Assembly: GCF_009914755.1 (NCBI RefSeq)
Contig: NC_060929.1
Direction: 5' to 3' (one strand)
Origin: the human T2T-CHM13v2.0 reference genome, Homo sapiens
Length of the DNA stretch: 64,000 nt
Part shown: in pieces, positions 45,596 to 58,268 of the stretch
How positions within the stretch are numbered: the first letter of the stretch is position 1
Layout of the letters: the number at the start of each line of letters is the position of its first letter
Program-made: the position numbers and the translations under genes
Notes under the pieces: generated by a model
Told to the model about the DNA's origin: nothing
Seen by the model: only the letters and a program-made list of their open reading frames with translations
Databases searched by the model: none

Positions 45596-48500
45596 AATGA
45601 GCCATCCTGGGACAGAATGAGCGGAGTTTCATGAGCAGGTGGTTCCTCATTTGCCTTGCCTGTTTGAAGAGCAGGGTTGGCTTCTGAGAGTGGCATTGTC
45701 ACATACCTCTCTGAGGAGATGAACCTACTGGTCCCGAGTTGCTTTACATAAAAATTCCAAACAATGCAACTTTTAGAATTGGTTCTATGTTTCAATGACT
45801 TTGTGTAGGACTTTTAGGTCTGGGAGAATCCCAGAGACAATTTCCTCAGTCCATGACTAAATCCTTTCTGCATCTTCCTCCTCAGATAATAATTAAGCCT
45901 GCCTGGATACCTATGATAATGGGGAGCTCAGTACCCAATTCCCTAGTCCATAATAGTTATTTTCATTAATAGTAACAAATATGTATTAACAACTCACTGT
46001 TAAATGCTATGTTAGCACCTGGCATTTAATCCTCAAAATAACCTCCTGTATATTATCCCCGTTTTGCAGAGTAAGCAGTTGAAATTTGTGAGATGGTCGC
46101 ATGCTTAAAAACATGCAGTTCATACTCTTCATCTTTGTACTGCAGAGCCTAGGTATTTATATGTCTACTTTTGAGGGTTTCCTTGACTAATTGTTTTTTG
46201 CTTTCTTCTTAACTGCTCATTAGCACTTCATTCTGGGAACGATAACTCACACAGGCTATGATTGTCTGAGGCTGGTTTTCATAAGAGCTAATGTCTAGTG
46301 CATTGATTATGTGCCAGGCATTGTGATTGGTATGTTTCATTTACTCTCTTCCTTAATCCTATGACACTCGTAGAGGCAGGTGCGATCAGTTCCCCACTTT
46401 ATAAATGAGGGAACTGAGGCACAGAAGATGAATATATTTATACCAAGTTATTCACACTGATAAGTGATGGAGCTGTCATTTGGACCCACAGACTGACCCT
46501 GAAGCACAGGCTTCTCACCATTGGGCCTTCCTGCCTTCTTCAGGACTGGAAAGATTAATATTTTTGTGCAAGGCTAGCAAGCAGGTTTCAAACTCCCTCC
46601 ACATTTTCATTCTGAAAGTCAGTCATTATTCTGGTGTTAGCCCTGCCTTTTCTCCAGGAAGTTTATGTATCCTTTAGATGTTTTCTTTTGATCTTTAAAA
46701 GCAGTTGGTTTTCTGCTTATAAAGATATTATTTGTTCATTGTAAAAATTCAAATAATACAAATAAACAACAAAAGGAAGAAAAAAATCACCTGAAATCTT
46801 ACCACCCAGAAAGAGCCACAGTGCACCAACAATTTGGTGACATTCATTCTAGCCTTCTCCCTGTGCAATGCTTGCACAGAAATTGCATACACAGACAAGC
46901 TTATGGACAGAAAGCCTTTTGTTCACTGAACAACCTGGAGAAAGTTACACATTATGGTGTACAGATCACACTGTCCTTTTAAGTAGGCTAACATGAATTT
47001 GTCTAGTTATACAATTATCTATTTAAATAGTATTTTTGTGGATATTTAGGTTGTTTCTAAATATTTGGTATTATTTAAAAGTCTATAAATAAACATTTTT
47101 ATGTAAATCTTGGAGCTCTTGTCTAATTATCTTCTTGAAATAAATGCCTAGAAGAAGAATTAGTGAGTCAAAGTAGCTGTGCATTTTAGATTTCGTTGAT
47201 ACTACCATGTTACCACTCATCCTTCTATGAAGTTCTACTAACGTGCAACTCTGCCATTACTGCATGAGAAGGCCTTTCACCAGAACCTCTTTGTTACTGT
47301 GCCTGGTCAATTTATGATGATTGTTTTTAATCATTGCCAATAAAGTAGAAAAGAAATTGTATCTCATTATTCTCGATATGGAATTTATATGAGTGGACAT
47401 TTTTTCACATGTTTATTGGTTTTACACAACGTTTGATACAAATAAAGGCTGAAAAGTTGAAAATGAAAATTTGAATAGTCAAACGAATGTGGAAACTCTC
47501 GTATTTTTAGACAGAGCCTAGGAAGTTTAGGAAATACAAAATTTTCTCTTGACAAAAATATTTTGTGTCGGAACTCTCCTGCCCTTGATGTCCACCATGA
47601 CCCTTGCACAGACACATCGTGGGGAATACACCTGGCTAAAAGCACCCTCTGGAGGCCCTTAAGTCTTATGGGCTCCCAATTGTCCATTAATTCACATTTC
47701 CCTAGGCATTGGTGGTTAGGGCTAAATTAATATCCTGGCCCAGGATCCAGAATCGTTCCCCACAGGTGGTCACAGCTGCCCTACGGCTGGAATTATTACT
47801 GATCTTTGCAACACTTTATTCTGTCCTCCCTTGATTATTGACTTTAGTGAACATGAACCAACTGTTTATGTTCCATCTATGCCTTTGGCCCACAGCAAAT
47901 GGTCCTCATGGAATCAGTGTCCATTCAGTAGATACAGAAACATTGGACAATATCTCTGTAGGTTGCAAACTGTAGGCTTTCTCTGGAATTCCTGCCCAGT
48001 CCTCTTTTCTCAGTATCTTTAGGCCATACAGTGAGGGGTTAAGTGCATAGGCTTTTGCTTAAGATCTACGTAGATGAGACTCTTCCACTTTCTGACTATT
48101 GACTTGGAACAAGTGACTTGATCTTTGTAAAACCGCCTAAACTGGTTGTGAGAATTAAATGAAATAATCTATATGAAATGGTCAGGATAGTCAGTGTTCA
48201 CTCTTCAGATAGAACCCAGCTGGTAGCCATGAGACACTTGTGAATTTGTCTTTGTCCCTCCTCTTTCCCTTGGGATAGTAAACTGTAGGTGCATTCATGG
48301 GAAGGAATGTACAAAGATGGCATTCCTTTGTGCAAGAAGTCCTATCTCCCTGCCGTCTCTGTACTTTGTGTCTTTAGCATTGTGCTTGTCTCTCTATATT
48401 GTGATGATCTGCTGACTTCTAGCCTCTTCAACTAGACTCTAAGCTCCTTGAGAGACATGTGGTAATGGTCTACTCTGAGTCCTTACCCCTCCGCTTGACA

Positions 48501-49024
48501 CAGAGAGGGTCTTATATAAACTCTTGTAAAACAAATGAATATAATCCTGTATTATCTAATTTGCCTTAGCTTCTAAGACATGGAATAGTTGGATAGTTGC
48601 ATGGAATAAATATTTGCATAACTAATTAAGAGTGAAGGAATTAATTCACTTCCAACATTTTTTTTCCTTTCAAAGATTTATTATCAGTAGGTCTCATGTC
48701 TGTTTTCTAGTCTACTATGCTTTCTCTATTTACGGCAGCTTTAATTTGGTTAAACTTTATTTAGATTCTGTTGTGAGGTGGGCACTGTAATAAATACTGT
48801 GGAGATTCCAAGGAGGAAAAAGACCTGATCCCTATTGTAGCACTAAGAAAGGACCTTGTAATGCCAACCTCATATGGAATCTGTTCCTAAGAATTGCTAC
48901 AAAACGTTGTACAGGGTAGGGGAAGACTTAGAGGAAGGTATCTGATTCATTTCATGCATCCAAATTCTGCCTTACATAACAGGGTGCTTTACGTGTTAAC
49001 TGGGGTTCAGACTATCCTTTACGC

Positions 49025-49246
49025 CAGGAGTCAGCAAGTTTTTTCTTTAAAGGGCCAGATAGTAAATATTTCCATCTTTGCTGGCCACACAGTTTCTGTT
49101 GCAACCATTCAGATCTGCCATTGTGGCAAGAAATAAGTCATAGACAATATGTAAACAAATGGCTCTGGTTGTGTTCCAATAAAACTTTATTTATAAAATA
49201 TGCAACTGAATGGATTTGGCCTGGGAGCCATAGTTTGACAACCTCC
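49025..49246. mobile_element. MER58A-like hAT MITE
   Basis: caggagtcagcaag...aagggccagatagtaaatattt...ccatagtttgacaacctc. Confidence 0.8.
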
Positions 49247-50199
49247 GCTTTAGGCACTGGGAAGTCATTGGTGGTTTTTGAGCAGGAGGCTCTTGATTAG
49301 GTTGTTTTTCAGAGGAGGCTTTGTTTGCTGACACATTGCCGTGTCCCTTCTCTGAACTTAGTAATAATAACCTTTACTGTTTACACCACACTTTACAACT
49401 TATAAAGCATTTTCAAATCCCATGTAATCCCCACTAGGGAGGCTGGGAAGCATTATCCCTGTTTTAAAGAAGACGAATTCAATCCAGAAGGACTCGATGA
49501 CTTGTCCTAAGTCACAGAGGTAGACTGGAACCCTGTCTTCCTGCTGCCAGCCTCGGGGCTCTGGTGGAGACCCCGACTCTTCCTCCATTTAGCTGGCCAG
49601 ACATCTAATTACTTTATGTGTTAGTCCTGTTTCCTCAGTTACAGGATGCATTTCTAAAGTGTAGGGATATGTCTTCCACTCTTTTTCTATCCTCCAAAGT
49701 CCTAAGCACAGTGCTGAGTCTTTAAGGAGCCATTTACTGTTGATCATTCACCTCTGGGCCTTGTGGTTCAAAGTTTGTTTTCCTTCCATTTGTCTTCAGT
49801 TAATTGCTTGGTCAAATCTGTTGGTAAGGGTTATTCCATACTCATCTGAAATCAAAGGGTTAATGCTTGTGGTCCAAGTATCCACTTATCTTTCCAATTT
49901 GAAATTTGGAAAGCTAATTTTCCAAATTATATATTCCAAAAATATACCCCTTTCCGGCAGCTTTCTCAGTAAGGAAAAGGGTATATTTTGGGGGTCTGCC
50001 TAAATCTACATTCTGGTGTAAGTGGTCAAAGAAACAAAGGGAATTGACTTTCTTTATAGCACATGGGTTGACTTGAGGAAAAAATTGGGCACCAAAAGGT
50101 GAGGTTAAGATCCAGACTTATATATTTGGGACCCTGAAAGATGTTGGATATGTGCTGATTGTGAAATCTTGTTCTCATCTTTCTATATACCATGTTTGA

Positions 50200-50775
50200 C
50201 TTTTTTGCACAAATTCTGGTATTCACACCCAGGTCTCCATCATCTCTCACCTGTATCACTGTGAGTGTCCCCCTCTCTTGTCCTCTTTACCATCTGTCCT
50301 CCACACAGCAGCCACAGTAATCTTGATAATATTTAATCAGATCACATCAGGCCCCTCTTTGAAACCCTGCAAAGGTGTCCCACTACATTTAAATTAAAAT
50401 CCAAACTAGTTCCATAACTTTCAGGGCCACAACCTTGAACACAAGCCACAACCCTATGTCATCTGGCCCCTGTCTACCTTCCTTGTCCCATCTCATCTCA
50501 TGCCACTTTCCCCCTTTTCTGTGACATGGTCCCTGGCCCTGAACATGCTAGATTCATTCTCATCATCTGGCTTTCAAATCTGCTATTCCTTTTGTTAGGA
50601 CTCCTCTTTCCCCAGATCCTTCCAAGCCTGTTATCTCCAGGAGACACTCCCTGACCCCCTCTCCCCTTCCGTGTCCCTCTGTGCAGCAAAACCCTGTCCT
50701 ATTAGCTTATTTGTGTATTATCTGTCTCTGCTCCCATTTATTGAAGAACTTTAGTATTTGTTGAATGAATGAATA
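50200..50775 (+). mobile_element. L2 LINE 3' fragments
   Basis: ccacacagcagccacagtaatctt, aaaatccaaact, terminal tatttgttgaatgaatgaat. Confidence 0.6.
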
Positions 50776-50842
50776 GAGTAAATTCTTATAGTTAGAGGCT
50801 TCAAGGAATCATACAACCTTAGAAATAGAACAGAGAAGTTTA

Positions 50843-51107
50843 AAACTTTAGATCTTGGGTAGAATCTTATTTAACGATTTTCAAAATTCCCTTAGCAGTA
50901 AAATCAGCTTTCCAAATCCAAGCTTAAGCACAATTCCAATATCTAAAACAGAATAAAGTGGAGTTGTTCTAGAAAATGTAGGGGACTCAGTCCTGGGACT
51001 CAAAGCAAACCTAAAAACCACGAAGACAACCCCCCTCATTATAGAGATGGGGAAACTAAGACTCTGAGCAGCTGTCTTCTACCTGCAAGTGCTTCAAAAA
51101 GAACAAA
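50843..51107 (+). repeat. 265-bp direct repeat, copy 1 (5' flank of Alu)
   Basis: Aligns without gaps to 51464-51728; 11 mismatches by manual count. Confidence 0.95.
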
Positions 51108-51110
51108 GTC

Positions 51111-51463
51111 AGCCGGGCACGGTGGTTCACACCCATAATCCCAGCACTTTGGGAGGTCAAGGCAGGTGGATCACAAGGTCAGGAGTTCAAGACCAGCTTG
51201 GACCAGCTTGGGCAACATAGTGAAACCACATCTCTACTAAAAATACAAAAAAATTCTCTGAGTGTGGTGGCAGGCACCTGTAATCCCAGCTACTTGGCAG
51301 GCTGAGGCAAAGAGAATCGCTTGAACCTGGGAGGCGGAGGTTGCAGTGAGCCGAGATTGTGCCATTGCACTCCAGCCTGGGCAACAGTGCGAGATTCCGT
51401 CCCAAAAAAAAAAAAAAAAAGAAAAAGAAAAAAGAAAAGAAAAACAACAACAACCACTACAAC
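51111..51463 (+). mobile_element. AluSg-like element with internal 10-bp duplication and complex tail
   Basis: ggatcacaaggtcaggagttc; gaccagcttg twice at 51191-51210; A/GAAAA/CAA tail. Confidence 0.88.
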
Positions 51464-51728
51464 AAACTTTAGACCTTGGGGAGAATCTTATTTAATGATT
51501 TTCAAAATTCCTTTAGCGGTAAAATCAGCCTTCCAAATCCAAGCTTAAGCACAATTCCAATATCTAAAACACAATAAAGTGGAGTTGTTCTAGAAAATGT
51601 AGGGGACTCAGTCCTGGGACTCAAAGCAAACCTAAAAACCATGAAGACAACCCCCCTCATTATAGAGATGGGGAAACTGAGACTCTGAGCAGCTGTCTTC
51701 TACCTGCAAATGCTTCAAGAAGAACAAA
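51464..51728 (+). repeat. 265-bp direct repeat, copy 2 (3' flank of Alu)
   Basis: Aligns without gaps to 50843-51107. Confidence 0.95.
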
Positions 51729-52252
51729 CTTGCTGGTGTGTATCCCCTACACCCGCACAGCTTCTAGCATGGAGCAGGAGCTAGGTGAACATTTGTGGAA
51801 CTGCACAAGTGACACATTGAGTTGAAGGCAGAAGTGGAACTAATGTCAATCCAGGTTCTCCTCTTCTCCAGTACACCAGTGAGAAAGGTTGAGGGCCATG
51901 GCCCACCTGGTTCCAGCTCAGGTGCCTCATTTGGAAACAGACCTAGTGGAGAAGACAGGCTTTCTGATCCCAGAGGCCTCTCCGATGGATGGGCAAGCCA
52001 CTAATGCTATTTTTTTCTACCACTCCAACCCTCTAATTGCATTTGTCACAGACACCCAGGGAGATATGACTACCATCTACCTCTACCTCCTCTTCATTTT
52101 TATCCTTTCTTCTACCTTATCTTTCTTTTTTCAAAAACATAATAAAATGTTTCAGGTGTGCAAGACAGCACAGAGGACAGTAGAGTGAACATAACAAACA
52201 TGACCAGCCTAAGACATGAAAGGTTACAAATCTAGCTGGATTATCCTCTGGA

Positions 52253-52490
52253 TTTCCTCTCTCCTTTCTCTTTTATTGTGTTTCCCTCTGTCTTCACTCC
52301 TTCTTTTCCCCTTCTTCTCTTCTGTTTTCTCCAGCATGGCTCCCCATTTCATTTCTCCCCTCTCCTCCCTGCTCTTTGTCTCACCACCTTTCTTGCCCTC
52401 CTCTTTTCCACACCCTGCCCTTCCTCTTCCTTCATTTCTTTTGTTCCTCTCTAGCCCCTTCTCTTGCCTTCTCCTTCTCTCTTGCATCTT
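52253..52490. repeat. CT-rich low-complexity polypyrimidine tract
   Basis: Seen directly. Confidence 0.85.
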
Positions 52491-52647
52491 CATAAATGTT
52501 TTAGGGTCAGTGATTCATTCCTTTGGCTATTCTATGTCAAGGGTGGGGAATCAGCATCTCTTGAATTTCCTCTTTTGCAAGCCTCAGGGCACCTGCCCTG
52601 TAGGGACAATTCTGTGGTACATTCACCCCTCTAGCCAGAGGCATTGG

Positions 52648-52668
52648 CTGCTGCTGCTGCTGCTGCTG
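52648..52668. repeat. (CTG)7 microsatellite
   Basis: Seen directly. Confidence 0.9.
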
Positions 52669-55600
52669 AATCTGAAAGGTCACCTCCAGCTTGCTTTCTC
52701 CAGGGGAAAACCTTTACTACCACCAGATGCAACTGCTGGCCAATTCATCCAGCTTCTCATAGAAGAAAGGGCATTGGCTTAATATTATCTCTGTATTTCT
52801 CAGCATTTTGATTTCTCTCCAGAGATTTTTCTGATATTTTTCAATCCATTTGTTTTTCACTACATAACTGGGGACATTTTCTTACCCTTTTTTTTTTTTT
52901 TTAGGTCATACCACTTTTTGACTTTAAATAATTTGATTTATTTTTCCTGGGGTCAAACACTGGGGGAGCTGCCTGCTCAAACAGATAGAAGAATCTAGAA
53001 TCTTTTTGATTTGTTGTCAGAGGAATAGCTCTGTGTGTCAGATGGAAGGGAGAGAGCAGAAGTGGGTGGTCATGTTTCACCCCTCTTCTCCATAAGCTCC
53101 ATCCAGAAAAAAACAACAGGAAGCCAGACAGACAATGATTTGCATTGCTGTGAACAGATTTACTCATAGGGTACAGAGTTGGCACAGGCCACTTCTAAGT
53201 TATTTTTCAATGTTGACGTGTCAACATTTTCCACATGGGAGAGGGATCCAGTTGGAATGGAAGAAGGCAGGAAAATCGTTTTCCATCTCAGCATCACTTT
53301 CTGTGGTTTTGTGGTACTTGGAAACTCTGTTTACACTTGACAATCTCTTCCTGTAGATTGTCTAAAGAAATTATGAATAAAATTGGAAAAGTCTTTCCAT
53401 TCTGAAGGGACCTATGCTCCAGTATAGACCAGTCACACACATTTGGCTGATTAAAATACTAGTCGTTGTACTAAAAACGACAGACTCCAGTGACCCCTTG
53501 CTTGTCAATAGCACTGCCAAAGTTTTCAAAGCATTTTTAGATTTACTAGCCCTTTTCCACCTCACAACAAGTTTTGCCAAGACTAGGCATTATCACTCCC
53601 ATTTTGCAGATGAGGGAACTGGTAGAGAGGTGCGAGATTTGCCCAAGATGAAGGTGGTCTGGCAGGACCAAAAGGACAGCAGAAATTTCATTAGATCAGA
53701 GAGCTTCTAATGGAGGCCAGAAGAAGCTGGGTGCCTCTTAGAGGTGCCTTGGGTGGGGGCTGGCAGGATTGGCCCACAGCATGACTTGGAAGTACCCCCT
53801 TCTCCTGACATAGATACACATTGCACACCCACCAAGGACAACTGTTGGGCCCTGGACTCTGCAGTGCGCCATCCACCCTGGTACAGCAAAGCATTGGCAG
53901 GCAGCTGCAATGAAGGTTTTCCCACTTCTGGATCCCTGCCTACACTGAAGAATTTTCACAAGGGGAAGAGAAGGGGGGAAGTTTATGGTCTGATCTAATC
54001 ACAGATGAACAGAGAACTCGGTGGCACAAGCAGTTTGCAAAAGCGCATGACTGCAGTGCCATTAAAGAGCCCACTCTTCATTTCTGAGATGAGTAAACAG
54101 CGTGCCCAGCAGCATGTGCAACACACAGTAGGTGCTCAGTAAATGGTGACTTCCACTGTTCTTATCTTTACCATGGTTACCATTATGCACTGGGCCCCAG
54201 GTTACACAGAGACGGGACAAAATCCCAGGTTTTGAGAGTCCATGCGGGGGTTGTGGCAAATCTCAAGTAACATTAAAAGGCAGAAGTAATAAAAACGAAA
54301 CTCAAGGAGAAAATGCTGCCAAATGTCCCGTCTGCTGGTTTTGGTGTTGTGGCCCCCCGTGAGGTCTGCCATTTCTTAAGGGGCCAAGAACATCTCTGTG
54401 GCTTTTTGTCATTCATTTCCTCCTCTCGTGCAGGAATCTCAGACCATTGCTGGAATCGATGTTGCATTCTGGGACTTAGGCTCTCTGCCTGTACAAGCTG
54501 TGAAGCCCCATCCACCTCCCATGCAAATCACAGGCTGTGTAGCACACCTTTAATTGCCTCTCACCTGATGGGCTCACGGTGTTTGCCTAATGACAAAGGA
54601 TGTCCTTTTTCTCATGGATGCTGGTCAAATCCAGAAGTATAAAAGCTCAAGTTTAAATGTCCCCCTTCCTTCTTTCTCCTTTCCTCCCTTCCTTTCTCTC
54701 CCTCCTCCTTCCCTCTCTTGTTTCTTGCAAAGGGAAGAGCATATGGTAGAGAGAACCACCCAGCCTCAACCCCACTTCTCACTCTCCAGGATAGGAGACT
54801 AGGAAAGGCACTGAGCTGGGTGGAGAACTTTCCTGGAGATCCGGGGACAGGGGGTGGTCTCACTCCTAACCACCTATACTCACCTGAGTCTTCTCCCCTG
54901 CCCCTAGAGAAAAGCAGCCAGCAGCCAGCATTCACGCATCCTCTTCTTTTGGGGGTAGGATCACACTCCCTAAAGCTCCTTCGGTGCCCCATGCTTTCAC
55001 CCTGACTCCAGCCACTGGGGGTTCCACCTTCCCTCCACGTTACCTATTGTAACCACAGCCCCCGAGAGCAGGGTGACATTCCATCTCCTGGAATGAAATA
55101 CTTATCATGACTTGGCAAAGCCTTTCTCTTACAAAGAGTTATTCATGCACTTACACCTAAACTTGCTGAATGACCTAGGACAAGTCATCTCATATCTGGG
55201 TTCTCAGTTTCCTCATTTGAAAATGAAAGGAGCATTTGGCTCACATAACGCAGTGCCTGGCACATAATAGATATAGTAAGAATCAGCCAGCAGACCTCTT
55301 GGCTTCCAACCTTCCTTCCTTCTTCCCTATTTTCTGGCCTGGAGATGTCCCCGATTACCACTACCCTTGTCTTGCCTGAACAGGGACCTTTATGTGAATG
55401 CTATGATCTCAAGCCTGGCCTTGGCCACCCTCCATGATCCTTTCTGGGCCAACGACCAGGACAGCCTTTCTGTTTCCCAGTCCCATGTCTGAGCCTGATT
55501 GGCTGCACTGGGGCACAGGGATTGGAAGGAGCTCCCAGAGCGTGCAGGCAGATGGTGAAAGAGCCAGAAACCGTTGCTCCTGGGGTCGGGGGGCGGGGAG

Positions 55601-55892
55601 GCAGTCAGCAGTGAGCAACTTCTTAAAGCTCACATCAACATTCCCCATTCTGGATGAGATCCAGAATCTTATGGGTTCAGAGTTTATCTGAAGTACCGGG
55701 ACCCCTTAAATCCCATGTGGAGTGGCTGGGGGTGGTCTGATAATTTAGGTAGTGTGGCATGGTGGACAAGAGCTTGCATTCTGAAAACAGACGGCTTAGA
55801 TTTCAATGCTGGCTCTGCCATTTTCTGCATCTTTGTTGGAGGGTAAATTACTTAACCTCTCTGGGCTATGATTTTCTCATCTGTAATATGTG

Positions 55893-55944
55893 GCTAATAA
55901 TATTACTTAAGAAGCTGTAGCTAATAATATTACTTAAGAAGCTG
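55893..55944. repeat. 27-bp-period tandem duplication inside a MIR
   Basis: gctaataatattacttaagaagctg at 55893 and 55920. Confidence 0.9.
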
Positions 55945-56579
55945 GCTGTAAGATTTAAACGAGGTGACACACTCATAAATCTTTCAGAAAAGCGCCTGTC
56001 AGGCTGGAACCACTTAATAAACTTTGGCTCCTATTATGATTACTAGCATTATTACTATGGGCAGTATCATCATTATTATTATCAAAGTGTGAGAACCAGC
56101 AAAGATTTCTATCACTCACTAGTTGCCACTCAAACTCTCATCTGTGTGAAGCAGGAATATTTATGATATAGTCCCTACCCGCTGCTCACAGTGGGTGTGG
56201 GAGTCGATTGATAATGTAGAAGAGGATAAATGTTTATAATAAAATGCAGATGCCATAGAACTAAAAGCAATTAGTAGATGACAGAAGATGAGAGGTAAAA
56301 AATAAAGTTAATAAAGAGGAGAAAAACTGAGCATCAACTTTGACGTGAGCTTCCTAGTAAACCAAGGCAGAAAGGGAATATAGTAAGACATATTTTTGTC
56401 ATTACTTAGTGCTTAGTGCTAGACATTTCATCATGAGTAACAACCTTCTTTTGTAGCCTTGAACTCTAAGAGAAAATTATCATAAGAATATTTATTATGA
56501 ATTTATTTACACATCTAAAATTTTAGGCTTTCTCTATGAGAAAGAGAATCCTTATGAGATTTGGAAAGTATCACAATAA

Positions 56580-56897
<318 letters not shown>

Positions 56898-57922
56898 AGG
56901 AATGTGAGCTCTTTAACCAAGAGAAGAGCAAACGGAAAGACATGATGGTCCCTTTAAAGACTTCACTACTGTATCAAGTGGGAAGTAGGGTTGCCCTGTA
57001 ATATTTCCAGAGACAGAACCGCAGCCCCATGGTTGAGAGCCTGGGGATGCAAACTGAGTTTCAGCTAAAGACAGAAGTTCCCTCAAACTCAAGTAATGCA
57101 ACTCTGCCTTGTGACGGGGTGAGCTCCCTGTCCATGCAAGCATTTGTCTAGAAGGCCATCGTCAGGGCCACATGGGGAAGCTCTCACTGCATTCTTAGAG
57201 AGCAAAGAGATGATTCCTTCATCCCAGGATACTTTAATTTTCTCCAGGTCTATGTAATAGAGGAGTGGACTCTCAAAAGAAGAGCTGAGCTTTCCTCCCT
57301 TGAACGCAGATGAACAACTCTAATAAAAACCATTTCCTACAAAGCTGCTCCCCTAGAAATAAAGGAGCAGGCTAGCTAGAGCAATCAAATCACTTTTTAA
57401 AATGATTCTTTAAGATGAAGAGTATTAGGAAATAATTCGGCTGAGCAATTGTGAGTGGATTTGGGGAGAGAGTCCCCTGTCAGAAGTGACTCTGTCACCT
57501 GCCACCAACCTTCTTGTGTGTTGTTCTTCCTTTGTGTGTCCCAGCTTTCATCAGTACGTTCTGAGCTTCTGGGGCTGACTGAGGCTGCATGAACAAGTAT
57601 GTGTCCCTGGGGCTCCCACAGCTCTACCCCAGCTCTCCTCTGCCCATCAACTGGCTGCCATGGTCTCCTTTCTCATGGGGGCTCCGCTTGGGAAGGGCCA
57701 TATATTGCTCAGCACCATGTGATTGGTGCCTGCACAGTGTTGGGCCCACAGCAGCCAGGTGTACTGTATGGTTAGGAGCATAGGTTCTAGAGCCAGGCTG
57801 CCTGGGTTTAAAATCCAGCTGTCTCATTTACTAGCTCTGTGACCTTGGTCAGGATGTTTCAACTCTTTGAGCCTCAGTTTTCTTATCTGTAACATGGGAT
57901 TGATAGGAGTATCCTCTACATG

Positions 57923-57936
57923 CACACACACACACA

Positions 57937-57971
<35 letters not shown>

Positions 57972-57976
57972 CACAC
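57923..57976. repeat. (CA)n-(AAC)n compound microsatellite inside a MIR
   Basis: Seen directly; MIR core (gcctcagttttcttatctgtaacatggg) upstream. Confidence 0.9.
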
Positions 57977-58049
57977 CGGATTGCAGTATGAGTTCAATGA
58001 AAGAATGACAGTTAAGCTCTTAACATAGTGTCTATCTTATCTACTATAT

Positions 58050-58268
58050 CAGGGGTCAAAAAACTCTTTCAATCAAGGGTTAGACAGTAAATATTTGCAG
58101 CTGTGTAGGCCATGTGGTCTTTTTTCAAGTACTCAACTCTACCGTTGTAGCCTGAAAGCACACATGGGCAATATGTAAATGAACAAGCATAGTGATATTC
58201 CAATTAAACTGAATTTACCCAAACAGGTAGCAGGCAAGATTTGGCCCGTGGACGGTAGTTTGCTGCCG
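58050..58268. mobile_element. MER58A-like hAT MITE
   Basis: caggggtcaaaaaact...acagtaaatattt...gatttggcccgtggacggtagtttgc. Confidence 0.78.

Noticed and set aside
52216-52782. 188-aa hydrophobic ORF resembling a membrane protein
   Set aside because: Product of a CT-rich low-complexity tract plus (CTG)n that lacks stop codons.
53209-53228. 20-bp near-palindrome aatgttgac-gt-gtcaacatt
   Set aside because: Isolated and short with no supporting context; probably chance or local slippage.
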